Positions 17,610 through 26,731 of a stretch of 29,001 nt of DNA are shown here, in pieces. The notes below the pieces were generated by a model. It had not been told where the DNA came from. It did no database searches and worked only from the letters and a program-made list of their open reading frames with translations. The stretch lies in the sequence record SRR20825006_868. One strand, 5' to 3'. Positions within the stretch are counted from its first letter, which is position 1; the number at the start of each line of letters is the position of its first letter. The translations under genes were made by a program, and so were the position numbers.

Positions 17610-18638
17610 ATGAAATTCATCAAAGTCCTGCTTTCGGTGCTGGTGCTCCTGCTGTTTGTGGGTGGCGCAGCCCTTGGCGGCGGATGGCTCTGGTTCCAGA
17701 ACGAAGTCTCGAAACCGGGCCCCTCCACAGAGCAGCACGTCTTCACGGTTGAGCCGGGCGAAACGTTGACCCGCGTAGCCTTGCGGCTGGAGCAGGACGG
17801 TATCGTGCAGGACGACCGTCTGGTACGCCTGAAGGCACGGCTCGACGGCACTGAACTTGCCATCAAGACCGGCGAATTCATTCTCGAGCCGCGCGCGAGT
17901 GTGACAGACGTGATGGATGTCCTGATTGAGGGCAAATCGGTCCTCCACAAGATAACGCTGCCGGAAGGCCGGACCACGTCACAATTACTAAAAATCGTTG
18001 AAGCTGACCCGATCCTTACTGGCGAGATGCCGGAGACGGAAATCGGTGAAGGCACGCTGCTCCCGGACACATACCTCTTTCAGCGCGGCACCACCCGCGC
18101 AGAACTGGTCGAGCGAATGCGCAAGGCACAAGCCGACATGTTGGCAGACCTGTGGCCCAGACGCGTTGAAGGTCTGCCCATTTCAACGCCGGAAGAGGCG
18201 GTAATCCTTGCCTCCGTTGTCGAGAAGGAAACCGGTATCGCCGGAGAGCGCCCACAGATTGCTGGCCTGTTCGTTACCCGTCTGAAGCGAGGTATGCGTT
18301 TGGAGAGCGATCCGACGATCATCTACGGGATCTCCAGGGGTGAGCCCCTGTACAATCGTCGTGGAGAGCGCCGAACGCTCTATCGATCCGAGATCGACCG
18401 GAAGACGGACTGGAATACGTATCAGATTGATGGTCTGCCAAAGACGCCGATCTGCAATCCGGGCCGGGAGGCAATTGCGGCCGTCCTGAACCCCGATGAG
18501 ACGGGCCACATCTTTTTCGTGGCAGACGGCAAGGGCGGCCATTTGTTCGCGAAGACGCTGGCCGAACACAATCGCAATGTCGCGGCCTATCGCAAATATG
18601 AACGCGAAGAAATCCAGAGGGAGCGGGCAGGGAAATGA
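17610..18638 (+). CDS. mltG: Endolytic transglycosylase MltG
   Basis: N-terminal TM, TLPEG, LASVVEKET catalytic Glu, LESDPT, NTY..GLPKTPICNPG, FFVADG; follows fabF. Confidence 0.95.
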   Translation: MKFIKVLLSVLVLLLFVGGAALGGGWLWFQNEVSKPGPSTEQHVFTVEPGETLTRVALRLEQDGIVQDDRLVRLKARLDGTELAIKTGEFILEPRASVTDVMDVLIEGKSVLHKITLPEGRTTSQLLKIVEADPILTGEMPETEIGEGTLLPDTYLFQRGTTRAELVERMRKAQADMLADLWPRRVEGLPISTPEEAVILASVVEKETGIAGERPQIAGLFVTRLKRGMRLESDPTIIYGISRGEPLYNRRGERRTLYRSEIDRKTDWNTYQIDGLPKTPICNPGREAIAAVLNPDETGHIFFVADGKGGHLFAKTLAEHNRNVAAYRKYEREEIQRERAGK

Positions 18639-19522
18639 AAAACCTATCCGGCATGACCGGCTTTGCCCGCGTCACAGGGGAAGCGGAATGGGGCGCTTGG
18701 GCTTGGGAGGCCAAGAGCGTGAATGGGCGAGGACTGGATGTAAGGGTGAACACCCCTCCCGGGTTTGATGCGTTGGAACGTGTGATCAAAGCCGCGGCTT
18801 CGAAACGGTTCAATCGCGGATCCCTTCAGGTCTCGCTCAGGATTGAACTTAGCGAACAGGCGGGGGGCGCCACGATCGATCAGGCCTTGCTGGACACATT
18901 GCTGGCGGCGGCGGAACAAGCGCACGGCGTTGGCATTTCCAGCGAAGCCATCGCCACCCTGATGACCGTAAAAGGCGTTGTGGAAATCGGATCCACAAAC
19001 ATACGGGACGTTGCGGTGAATTCGGACGTGATGGCTGAACTTGAATCTGCTGCGGGCGCGGCGCTTGCGGAGTTGGACGAGGCACGTCAGGCTGAGGGGC
19101 GCGCGCTGAAAGCGATGCTGTCAGACCTGGTCGACGAACTGGTATCGGCGACGGACACCGCTATCTCGCTCGCAGGGGACCAGCCTGCATTGCTCAAGGC
19201 ACGGCTTACGAAGCAATTGGAAGAATTGGGGGCAGACCAGCAGGTGGAACCGGAACGGCTGGCAGCCGAACTCGCGCTGACCGCTGCGAAGGCCGATGTC
19301 CGCGAGGAGCTGGACCGTTTGCTCGCACACTTCGACTCTGCGCGAAAACTGCTTTCCGGTGGCTCACCGGTGGGCCGGAAGCTTGATTTTCTCGCCCAGG
19401 AACTCAACCGTGAAGCCAATACGCTCTGCTCGAAATCTGTTAGCCTTGATTTGACGAATGCCGGACTCAGTCTCAAAGGAACCATAGACCAGTTCAAGGA
19501 GCAGGCAGCCAATGTCGAATAG
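18635..19522 (+). CDS. yicC: YicC/YloC family endoribonuclease
   Basis: SGMTGFAR, SVNGRGLD, DVREELDRL, GRKLDFLAQELNREANT, EQAANVE; ATGA overlap with mltG. Confidence 0.93.
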   Translation: MKNLSGMTGFARVTGEAEWGAWAWEAKSVNGRGLDVRVNTPPGFDALERVIKAAASKRFNRGSLQVSLRIELSEQAGGATIDQALLDTLLAAAEQAHGVGISSEAIATLMTVKGVVEIGSTNIRDVAVNSDVMAELESAAGAALAELDEARQAEGRALKAMLSDLVDELVSATDTAISLAGDQPALLKARLTKQLEELGADQQVEPERLAAELALTAAKADVREELDRLLAHFDSARKLLSGGSPVGRKLDFLAQELNREANTLCSKSVSLDLTNAGLSLKGTIDQFKEQAANVE

Positions 19523-20165
19523 TGGACATCCAAAGGATCATGGGCACCGCAGGGGGCTCATGCTGGTGCTGTCGAGCCCCTCAGGTGCAGGCAAGACAAC
19601 GCTCGCGAAAAAATTGATCGAAGAGTTCGACGATGTGAATCTGTCCGTGTCGGCGACCACGCGTCCACCACGCCCCGGCGAAAACGACGGAAAAGACTAT
19701 CACTTCCGGTCTGTCGACGAGTTTCATCACATGATCGAACGGCGGGAATTCCTGGAATGGGCGCACGTTTTCGACAAGTATTATGGAACGCCAAAGGCCG
19801 ACACGGTCGCCAAGCTGGATGCGGGCGAGGATGTCTTGTTCGATGTGGACTGGCAGGGCGCCGATGCGCTGCACGACCAGATGCCAAACGATGTGGTATC
19901 GGTATTCATTCTCCCACCCAGCATCAGCGCGCTGGAGAAACGTCTCGCGGCCCGACCCGGCTCGACCCCGGAGATTGTTGCCCGCCGCATGGACGACGCC
20001 AAACGGGAGATCATGCATTGGCGCCGCTATGACTATGTGATTGTGAACGACGATCTTGAAGTGGCCTATCAAAGGCTACGACGCATATTGTTGACCGAGC
20101 GATTGAAACGGTTGCGTCAACTTGATCTTGAAGACCATGTGCGCACGCTTCTGGGAGAGGCGTGA
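19512..20165 (+). CDS. gmk: Guanylate kinase
   Basis: SSPSGAGKTT, SVSATTRPPRPGE.DGKDYHF, FLEWA, YYGTP, DVDWQG. Confidence 0.97.
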   Translation: MSNSGHPKDHGHRRGLMLVLSSPSGAGKTTLAKKLIEEFDDVNLSVSATTRPPRPGENDGKDYHFRSVDEFHHMIERREFLEWAHVFDKYYGTPKADTVAKLDAGEDVLFDVDWQGADALHDQMPNDVVSVFILPPSISALEKRLAARPGSTPEIVARRMDDAKREIMHWRRYDYVIVNDDLEVAYQRLRRILLTERLKRLRQLDLEDHVRTLLGEA

Positions 20166-20281
20166 TGGAGCCGGAGGAGAAGCTTGGGAACGTAAAGGCT
20201 CGCCCAATTTGGTTGGTGGCGCTGATCCCGTTGCTCGGGATCGTCTGGGGCGCATGGTTTGTCGCCAAGTACATCGCTTGA
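20165..20281 (+). CDS. Putative 38-aa single-TM small protein (MEPEEKLGNVKARPIWLVALIPLLGIVWGAWFVAKYIA)
   Basis: Manual translation. The ATG overlaps the gmk stop (TGATG), GGAGAGG lies just upstream, there is a 20-residue hydrophobic run, and the stop falls just before the terminator. Confidence 0.6.
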   Translation: MEPEEKLGNVKARPIWLVALIPLLGIVWGAWFVAKYIA

Positions 20282-20287
20282 ACAAAT

Positions 20288-20318
20288 AAGCCCCGCAGCC
20301 AAGCTGCGGGGCTTTGTT
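20288..20318. terminator. Likely bidirectional Rho-independent terminator between the gmk operon and icd
   Basis: AAGCCCCGCAGC-CAA-GCTGCGGGGCTT with A-rich left and T-rich right flanks. Confidence 0.85.
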
Positions 20319-20336
20319 CTGCAAGGCCTGAGATTA

Positions 20337-21557
20337 TCAGGATTTCGACATGGCTTCCTGGAAGTTCTTGTCGACCGCTTCGATGAAGCCTTCAGTCGTC
20401 AGCCATTCCTGATCCGGACCGACGAGCAGGGCGAGGTCTTTCGTCATCTGGCCATTCTCGACCGTCTTGATGATGGTCTCTTCCAGCTTCTGGGCGAAGG
20501 CACGCACGTCTGGTGTGTCATCCATACGGCCGCGATGGTCGAGTCCGCGGGTCCAGGCAAAGATCGACGCAATCGAGTTGGTCGACGTGGCTTCGCCCTT
20601 CTGGTGGTTGCGGTAGTGACGCGTCACCGTGCCGTGTGCGGCTTCGGCTTCGACCGTGTTGCCATCCGGTGTCATCAGAACGGACGTCATGAGACCCAGC
20701 GAGCCGTAACCCTGGGCGACCGTGTCGGACTGGACATCGCCGTCATAGTTCTTACAGGCCCAGACATAGCCGCCGGACCATTTCATGGCCGCTGCGACCA
20801 TGTCGTCGATCAGGCGATGTTCGTAGGTGCCGCCAAACTCGGCGAACTTGTCTGCGAATTCAGCGTCGAACACTTCCTGGAAAATGTCCTTGAAGCGGCC
20901 ATCATAGGCTTTCAGGATCGTGTTCTTGGTCGACAGGTAGACCGGCCATTTGCGCTGCAGGCCGTAGTTCAGGCTGGCGCGCGCGAAGTCACGGATGGAC
21001 TCGTCGAGATTGTACATGCCCATGGCGATACCGGAGGAAGGGAAGTCGAAGACTTCGAATTCCTTGGAATCGGATCCGTCGGATGCTTCCCATTTCATGG
21101 TCAGCTTGCCCTTGCCGGGAACGAGGAAGTCCGTGGCTTTGTATTGGTCACCAAAGGCGTGACGACCAACCACAACCGGCTTCGTCCAGCCTGGCACCAA
21201 ACGTGGGACGTTGGAGATCACGATTGGCTCGCGGAAGACTACGCCGCCGAGAATGTTGCGGATCGTGCCATTTGGCGAACGCCACATCTTCTTCAGGCCA
21301 AACTCTTCAACGCGGGCTTCATCCGGTGTGATCGTGGCGCATTTGACAGCGACACCGTATTGTTTGGTTGCATTGGCTGCGTCGATGGTGATCTGGTCGT
21401 CCGTCTCATCACGCTTCTGGACCGACAGGTCGTAATATTTGAGGTCGATGTCGAGATAAGGATGGATCAGCCGGTCCTTGATCATCTGCCAGATGATGCG
21501 GGTCATTTCGTCCCCGTCCATCTCGACGATTGGATTTTTGACCTTGATTTTCGCCAT
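20337..21557 (-). CDS. icd: NADP-dependent isocitrate dehydrogenase (type II, eukaryote-like)
   Basis: [56 protein letters not shown]. Confidence 0.98.
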   Translation of the reverse strand: MAKIKVKNPIVEMDGDEMTRIIWQMIKDRLIHPYLDIDLKYYDLSVQKRDETDDQITIDAANATKQYGVAVKCATITPDEARVEEFGLKKMWRSPNGTIRNILGGVVFREPIVISNVPRLVPGWTKPVVVGRHAFGDQYKATDFLVPGKGKLTMKWEASDGSDSKEFEVFDFPSSGIAMGMYNLDESIRDFARASLNYGLQRKWPVYLSTKNTILKAYDGRFKDIFQEVFDAEFADKFAEFGGTYEHRLIDDMVAAAMKWSGGYVWACKNYDGDVQSDTVAQGYGSLGLMTSVLMTPDGNTVEAEAAHGTVTRHYRNHQKGEATSTNSIASIFAWTRGLDHRGRMDDTPDVRAFAQKLEETIIKTVENGQMTKDLALLVGPDQEWLTTEGFIEAVDKNFQEAMSKS

Positions 21558-21633
21558 GTTTGTATTCCCTGCGGTTGCACTATTCTCGCAGGGCTATAGC
21601 AGAGCCCACAGCCGCGTCAAAACAGGGAAAACC

Positions 21634-22395
21634 ATGTCAGATCAGCGCAACCCCGCAATTATCCTTCATAGCCCCCAATTGGGTGAGAATATTGGCGCTG
21701 CGGCGCGTGTGATGCGCAATTTTGGCCTGACCGACCTTCGTCTGGTTGCGCCGCGGGATGGCTGGCCGAATCCTGCCGCAGATACAATGTCTGCCGGGGC
21801 GTTCGAGTCGGGTGTGGTAGCGCGCGTCTTCGAGACTTTGCCAGACGCGCTGGAGGGCATCACCTGGCTCGCAGCAGCTACGGCGCGCCTGCGTGGCATC
21901 GAAAAGCGCGTCGGGGATGCGGGCGCAGCTGCGGATACGGCGTTCGAGCGATTGGGGGGCGGTCAGTCGGCCATCATGTTCGGCGCTGAGAAATCAGGCC
22001 TGCCGAACGATGCCGTGGCTGTTGCAGACTTCCTGATGACCTATCCGGTCGATCCGGAGTTCAAGAGCCTCAACCTTGCTCAAGCTGTCTGTGTGTTCTG
22101 CGCAGAGTGGGGAAAGCGCCGTGAGCAATCGGATCTGGTGATCTCTCAGGACAAGGCGAAACTGGGCGAGCCAGCCCCGCGAGATGAGCTCTTCCGCATG
22201 TTCGAGCATTTCGAAGAGGAGTTGGAACGCGCCGGCTATTTCTTCCCGCCGGAAAAGACACCGCTCATGAAAGACAATTTGCGTGCAGCTCTGGTCCGGG
22301 CTGACTGGACGCGGCAGGAAGTGCAGACTTTCCGAGGCGCGATCAAGGCGCTCGCGCTTGGCCGGGGCAAGGCGCGCGTCAATCGCGATGACTGA
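21634..22395 (+). CDS. trmJ: SPOUT RNA 2'-O-methyltransferase, TrmJ/LasT family
   Basis: PQLGENIGAAARVMRNFG, LRLVAPR, FGAEKSGL, SLNLAQAV; start moved to 21634. Confidence 0.85.
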   Translation: MSDQRNPAIILHSPQLGENIGAAARVMRNFGLTDLRLVAPRDGWPNPAADTMSAGAFESGVVARVFETLPDALEGITWLAAATARLRGIEKRVGDAGAAADTAFERLGGGQSAIMFGAEKSGLPNDAVAVADFLMTYPVDPEFKSLNLAQAVCVFCAEWGKRREQSDLVISQDKAKLGEPAPRDELFRMFEHFEEELERAGYFFPPEKTPLMKDNLRAALVRADWTRQEVQTFRGAIKALALGRGKARVNRDD

Positions 22396-23611
22396 GCACT
22401 CGCCGAATGTTGCCATTATCGGCGCAGGACCCGCTGGCCTGATGGCAGCAGAAATCCTGTCTGACGCCGGGTATGCCGTTTCACTCTATGAAGCCATGCC
22501 CAGCCCGGCACGGAAATTCCTGATGGCTGGCAAGAGCGGCCTTAACATTACCAATATGCGCGAGGGGGAAGCATTTACCTCGCGGTTTCCAAGTGTGGCA
22601 CCCATGCTGAAAACTGCCCTTGGCGAATTTGGGCCAGCAGCCATTGCGGAATGGATGCGGGCTCTCGGTGTCGAGGCGACAATTGGGCCAACGGGCCGGG
22701 TGTTCCCGGTACAAATGAAAGCATCGCCGCTCCTGAGGGCGTGGCTTGCACGGCTGCAGTCGCACGGCGTCCAGCTACATACACGGCATCGATGGGCGGG
22801 ATGGAGCGACGATTTTGACATGATCTTTGACACTCCAGAGGGGCCAATATCTGTACAATCAGACGCACAGATATTTGCTCTGGGCGGAGGAAGCTGGAAG
22901 CGGCTCGGCTCGGATGGGAGTTGGCCATCTGTGTTCGCCGAGAGGGGCATACACACAGAGCCTTTCCGACCGTCCAATTGCGGCTTCATCGTCGACTGGT
23001 CAGACCGTGTCAGGACGGAATTTGTCGGAACGCCCGTGAAGAATGTTGCTGTTCGTTTCGGGGACCAGACCAGCCGGGAAGAATTCGTTGTGACCGACCG
23101 GGGCGTGGAAAGTGGTGCGATCTTCACGCTGTCACTCGCCGTACGCGACGGGCTGGAGAATAACGGGAAGGCGACTTTGGAGATTGATCTTGCGCCCGAC
23201 CTCTCGGAGGAAGCTCTGGTCAGCCGTCTGAAACAAGACCGGGGAAAACAGTCGCTTTCAAACCATCTCCGCAAAGCAGCAAACCTGAAAGGCGTGAAGC
23301 GCGCATTGTTGCTCGAGTTTGGTGGGTCGGATGTCTCCAATGAGCCGGAACGTCTGGCCCGACTGATCAAATGTCTGCCGATCCCGCTTGCAAAGCCTTT
23401 CCCGCTGGATGAAGCGATCTCCACGGCGGGCGGCGTCTCTTTCGATGTGCTGGACGATCAATACATGGTGAAGGAACAGCCTGGCATGTTCTGCGCGGGC
23501 GAGATGCTGGACTGGGACGCGCCCACAGGCGGTTATCTGCTGACGGCCTGCATGGCCACCGGACGCGCGGCCGGAATGGGCGCGGTCCGGTGGCTCAGAT
23601 CACAGGTATAG
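22388..23611 (+). CDS. HI0933/BaiN-like NAD(P)/FAD-dependent flavoprotein (TIGR03862-type)
   Basis: IIGAGPAGL, RKFLMAGKSGLNIT, GRVFP, ALGGGSW, AISTAGGV, GEMLDWDAPTGGYLL; overlaps trmJ by 8 nt. Confidence 0.88.
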   Translation: MTEHSPNVAIIGAGPAGLMAAEILSDAGYAVSLYEAMPSPARKFLMAGKSGLNITNMREGEAFTSRFPSVAPMLKTALGEFGPAAIAEWMRALGVEATIGPTGRVFPVQMKASPLLRAWLARLQSHGVQLHTRHRWAGWSDDFDMIFDTPEGPISVQSDAQIFALGGGSWKRLGSDGSWPSVFAERGIHTEPFRPSNCGFIVDWSDRVRTEFVGTPVKNVAVRFGDQTSREEFVVTDRGVESGAIFTLSLAVRDGLENNGKATLEIDLAPDLSEEALVSRLKQDRGKQSLSNHLRKAANLKGVKRALLLEFGGSDVSNEPERLARLIKCLPIPLAKPFPLDEAISTAGGVSFDVLDDQYMVKEQPGMFCAGEMLDWDAPTGGYLLTACMATGRAAGMGAVRWLRSQV

Positions 23612-23614
23612 TCG

Positions 23615-24379
23615 TTAGCGGCCCTTCCAGACGGGCGCACGTTTTTCGATGAACGCTTTCGGGCCTTCCTTGAAGTCTTCCGTCCCGACAATGCCGGCAA
23701 ATGCCTTGCCGCTGTCTTTCCAGAGCTCGTCATCCGTCTTGCTGGTCGCATCCATCGCCACGGCGCGGCTGGCGGCGACAGCGAGCGGTGCGTTGGCGGT
23801 GATTCTTGCGGCAAGCGCTTCGGCTTCGCCCATCACTTCGGATTCTGGCACAACCTTGTTGACCATACCGAGTTCATAGGCCCGCTGTGACGGAAGTGGG
23901 TCACCTGTCAGGATGGCTTCAAGCGCGACTGCGCGCCCGACAGCGCGGGGCAAGCGGAACAGGCCGCCAGCTCCGGCGACGAGGGAGCGTTTTACTTCCG
24001 GAAGACCGAAATTCGTGTTGTCCGCGCAAATGATCATGTCACACGAAAGGGCGATCTCGGTGCCGCCTGCGAGGGCAGATCCTGTAATGGCCGCGATCAG
24101 TGGCTTGGTCCGTTCGCGACGTGCGATTCCTGCAAACCCGCCTTTCTTCGTGGACAGGCCAGCACCATTCCCTGCGGAGATCTCCTTGAGGTCTGCGCCG
24201 GCACAAAATGCCTTGCCGACGGCAGTGAGAATGCCGACCCAGACTTCCGGATCAGATTCCATTTGGTCGATCGCGGCTTCCATAGTGCTTGCCATTTCGG
24301 CGTTGATGGCGTTGCGTGCCTCGGGTCGGTTCATGGTGATGATCGCGACATTGCCTTGTTTCTTGTACTCGACGGGCAT
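23615..24379 (-). CDS. Enoyl-CoA hydratase (crotonase with both catalytic Glu)
   Basis: NRPEARNAIN, FCAGADL, GGTE and LPEVKR glutamates, EGPKAFIEKR; ATG 24379 after AAGGAGG. Confidence 0.9.
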   Translation of the reverse strand: MPVEYKKQGNVAIITMNRPEARNAINAEMASTMEAAIDQMESDPEVWVGILTAVGKAFCAGADLKEISAGNGAGLSTKKGGFAGIARRERTKPLIAAITGSALAGGTEIALSCDMIICADNTNFGLPEVKRSLVAGAGGLFRLPRAVGRAVALEAILTGDPLPSQRAYELGMVNKVVPESEVMGEAEALAARITANAPLAVAASRAVAMDATSKTDDELWKDSGKAFAGIVGTEDFKEGPKAFIEKRAPVWKGR

Positions 24380-24491
24380 GAGTGTCCTCCTTTGACGAAA
24401 GCCAGCGCTAACAGGCTTTCCCCAACGTTCTGCAAGACAGACTTCGATTTCATATTGCCAGCCCTTGGGGAAGCCGTTCGAGAGTTGGCTT

Positions 24492-25685
24492 ATGGATTTG
24501 ACATTGAGCCCCGAATACGCCGCGTTTCGTGACCAGGTCGCAGAAACGCTGAAAGCCAACGCCCATCTTGCGCCGGGCCCTGACGACAAGGGCCTGAAGC
24601 ATCCGAAACGTCTCGCCTGGCAGGAGTTCCTGATCCGGGGAGGCCTGACGGCGCGTACCATTCCCACCGAATACGGCGGGTATGGCGCCGAGCCCGATAT
24701 CCTGAAATCCCGGATCATTGCCGAAGAGTTCGCGCGTTCCGGGGTGCCACGGCCGCTCGCCGGTCAGGGCATTTCGATGCTGGTGCCGACATTGCTTGAA
24801 CTCGGAACACCGGAACAGAAAGAGGCGTACATTGAGCGGACGCTCAAGGGAGAGCTGATCTGGTGCCAAGGGTATTCGGAGCCGGGCGCGGGATCTGATC
24901 TTGCGGCGCTGCGCACGCGCGCAGTCGAGGATGGCGATGACTTCGTCATCAATGGTCAGAAGATCTGGACCTCCACGGCGCGCCAGGCCGACATGATGTT
25001 CTGTCTCGTCCGAACTGATCCGGATGCCAAGAAGCATCATGGCATCACCTATATCCTGTTCCCGATGGATACGCCCGGCATCGAAGTACGCCCACTTGTC
25101 GATATGACCGGTTCGGCAAACTTCAACGAGGTCTTCTTCACCGATGTACGAGTGCCGAAAAGCGGCGTCGTGTTCGAGGTGAACAAGGGCTGGCAAGTCG
25201 CCAACGCAACGCTCACTCACGAGCGGGGCATGCTGGGGGACCCGAATGCCACCAAGGCCCGGTTCATCGAACTGGTCGAGCTGATGAAGGTTGAAACCGT
25301 AAACGGGCAACGCCTGATCGACAATCCGGTGCTGCGTGATCGGCTCATGACGCTGCAGGCCGAAGTCTACGCCATGCAGGCCAATGGGCTGAGGATCACA
25401 ACAAACAGGCTCAAGGGCGAGGCGGCGGGGCTGGCAGGCCTGGTCGTGAAGCTTCAGGGCTGCGAACTCAATCACCAGATTGCGGCCTTGGCCATCGATG
25501 CGCTGGGCGAACTTGGCATCCTCTATGAGGAGGGCGAGCATTTGAGGTCCGGCGGGGCCTGGCAGTGGCGCTACATGTATGATCTCGGACTGATCATCGG
25601 TGGCGGTACGGCTCAGATTCAGAAGAACATTATTGCGGAACGCGGGCTTGGCATGCCGCGCGAACCCCGGCTGGCGAGGAGTTAA
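24492..25685 (+). CDS. Acyl-CoA dehydrogenase, catalytic-type subunit
   Basis: WCQGYSEPGAGSDLA, NGQKIWTS, FNEVFF, LTHER, IGGGTAQIQKNIIAER. Confidence 0.92.
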   Translation: MDLTLSPEYAAFRDQVAETLKANAHLAPGPDDKGLKHPKRLAWQEFLIRGGLTARTIPTEYGGYGAEPDILKSRIIAEEFARSGVPRPLAGQGISMLVPTLLELGTPEQKEAYIERTLKGELIWCQGYSEPGAGSDLAALRTRAVEDGDDFVINGQKIWTSTARQADMMFCLVRTDPDAKKHHGITYILFPMDTPGIEVRPLVDMTGSANFNEVFFTDVRVPKSGVVFEVNKGWQVANATLTHERGMLGDPNATKARFIELVELMKVETVNGQRLIDNPVLRDRLMTLQAEVYAMQANGLRITTNRLKGEAAGLAGLVVKLQGCELNHQIAALAIDALGELGILYEEGEHLRSGGAWQWRYMYDLGLIIGGGTAQIQKNIIAERGLGMPREPRLARS

Positions 25686-25689
25686 ATCA

Positions 25690-26730
25690 ATGGAATTCGG
25701 ACTCTCAGAAGACCAGGTGATGTTGCAGGAAACCGTTCGCCGCTTCGTCGCCGAAGAAGTGTCGCTCGATCTTGTTCGCCAGATTGCAGAGGGCGAAGAC
25801 CGGGTCGCTGAAACGCTTGCTGCTAATCTGGCCGCGCTGGGTCTCGATGGGCTACTTGTGCCGGAGAAAGATGGAGGGTCGGGGCTCGGTGTGCTCGACG
25901 CGGCCCTTGTCCAGGAGTGCTTCGGATACGGTATTGTTCCCGCACGTTTTTTATCGAACTCTGTCGCAGCCTATGCGTTGCGTGACTTTGGTTCCAGCAT
26001 TCTGAACGACATCGCGAACAACGATGCGCGCTTCGGCATAGCCCTTAACGATTTTCTTTCGAGACGAGATGGTTGTGGCCTGTCGATTCGTGATGAGGCC
26101 GTTTCCGGGGCATTACTCATGGCCATGGACGTCGCGAGTTCGACTCACTTGCTTTTTCTGGCGAATGACACGGTCCGGATCGGTCAGGTCGGTTCTGCAG
26201 AACAGGTCAAGACAATCGACCGGACGCGTGAGTTCTCAGAAGTCACAATTACCTCGTTCGAGAAGCAAATTACGGGAGCCGAAATCGAAAAGACGTTCGC
26301 CGTAGCTTGCATTCTTCTTGCCGCTGACACGCTCGGTGCCGCCCAATGCATGTTGGACAAGGCCGTTGCCTATGCGGGGGATCGCCAGCAGTTCGGTCGC
26401 GTGATTGGCTCTTTTCAGGCGGTGAAGCATCTTTGCGCTGAAATGGCGGCGAAACTTGAACCTGCACGCGCGTTGATATGGCACGCCGCTCATGCGTTGG
26501 ACGTTGAGGATGATGAAGCGCTAGCGATGGCGTTTCTCGCCAAGGCGCATATGGCAGAAGTCGGAACCTTCATTGCCAAAACGTCTACGGAAGTACATGG
26601 CGGAATGGGCTTCACGGATCTCGTTGGCCTGCATTACTGGTACAAGCGAATTGGTGTGAACCGCCAGATCATGGGGTCGCCAATGGCGCTCAGGGAACTG
26701 GCTGCCCAGCAGCAGGGGCTGGTCGCATAG
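25690..26730 (+). CDS. Acyl-CoA dehydrogenase, short partner subunit
   Basis: MEFGLSEDQVMLQ, RQQFGRVIGSFQAVKH, VHGGMGFT; lacks the EPxxGSD motif; starts 4 nt after the previous stop. Confidence 0.87.
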   Translation: MEFGLSEDQVMLQETVRRFVAEEVSLDLVRQIAEGEDRVAETLAANLAALGLDGLLVPEKDGGSGLGVLDAALVQECFGYGIVPARFLSNSVAAYALRDFGSSILNDIANNDARFGIALNDFLSRRDGCGLSIRDEAVSGALLMAMDVASSTHLLFLANDTVRIGQVGSAEQVKTIDRTREFSEVTITSFEKQITGAEIEKTFAVACILLAADTLGAAQCMLDKAVAYAGDRQQFGRVIGSFQAVKHLCAEMAAKLEPARALIWHAAHALDVEDDEALAMAFLAKAHMAEVGTFIAKTSTEVHGGMGFTDLVGLHYWYKRIGVNRQIMGSPMALRELAAQQQGLVA

Positions 26731-26731
26731 G

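Noticed and set aside
20259..21599. 446-aa plus-strand ORF antisense to icd
   Set aside because: Shadow ORF typical of strongly codon-biased GC-rich genes; no recognisable motifs, and icd explains the sequence.
22486..25541. Long antisense ORFs over the flavoprotein (22486-23424) and ACAD (24450-25541)
   Set aside because: Compositionally atypical shadow translations with no motifs.
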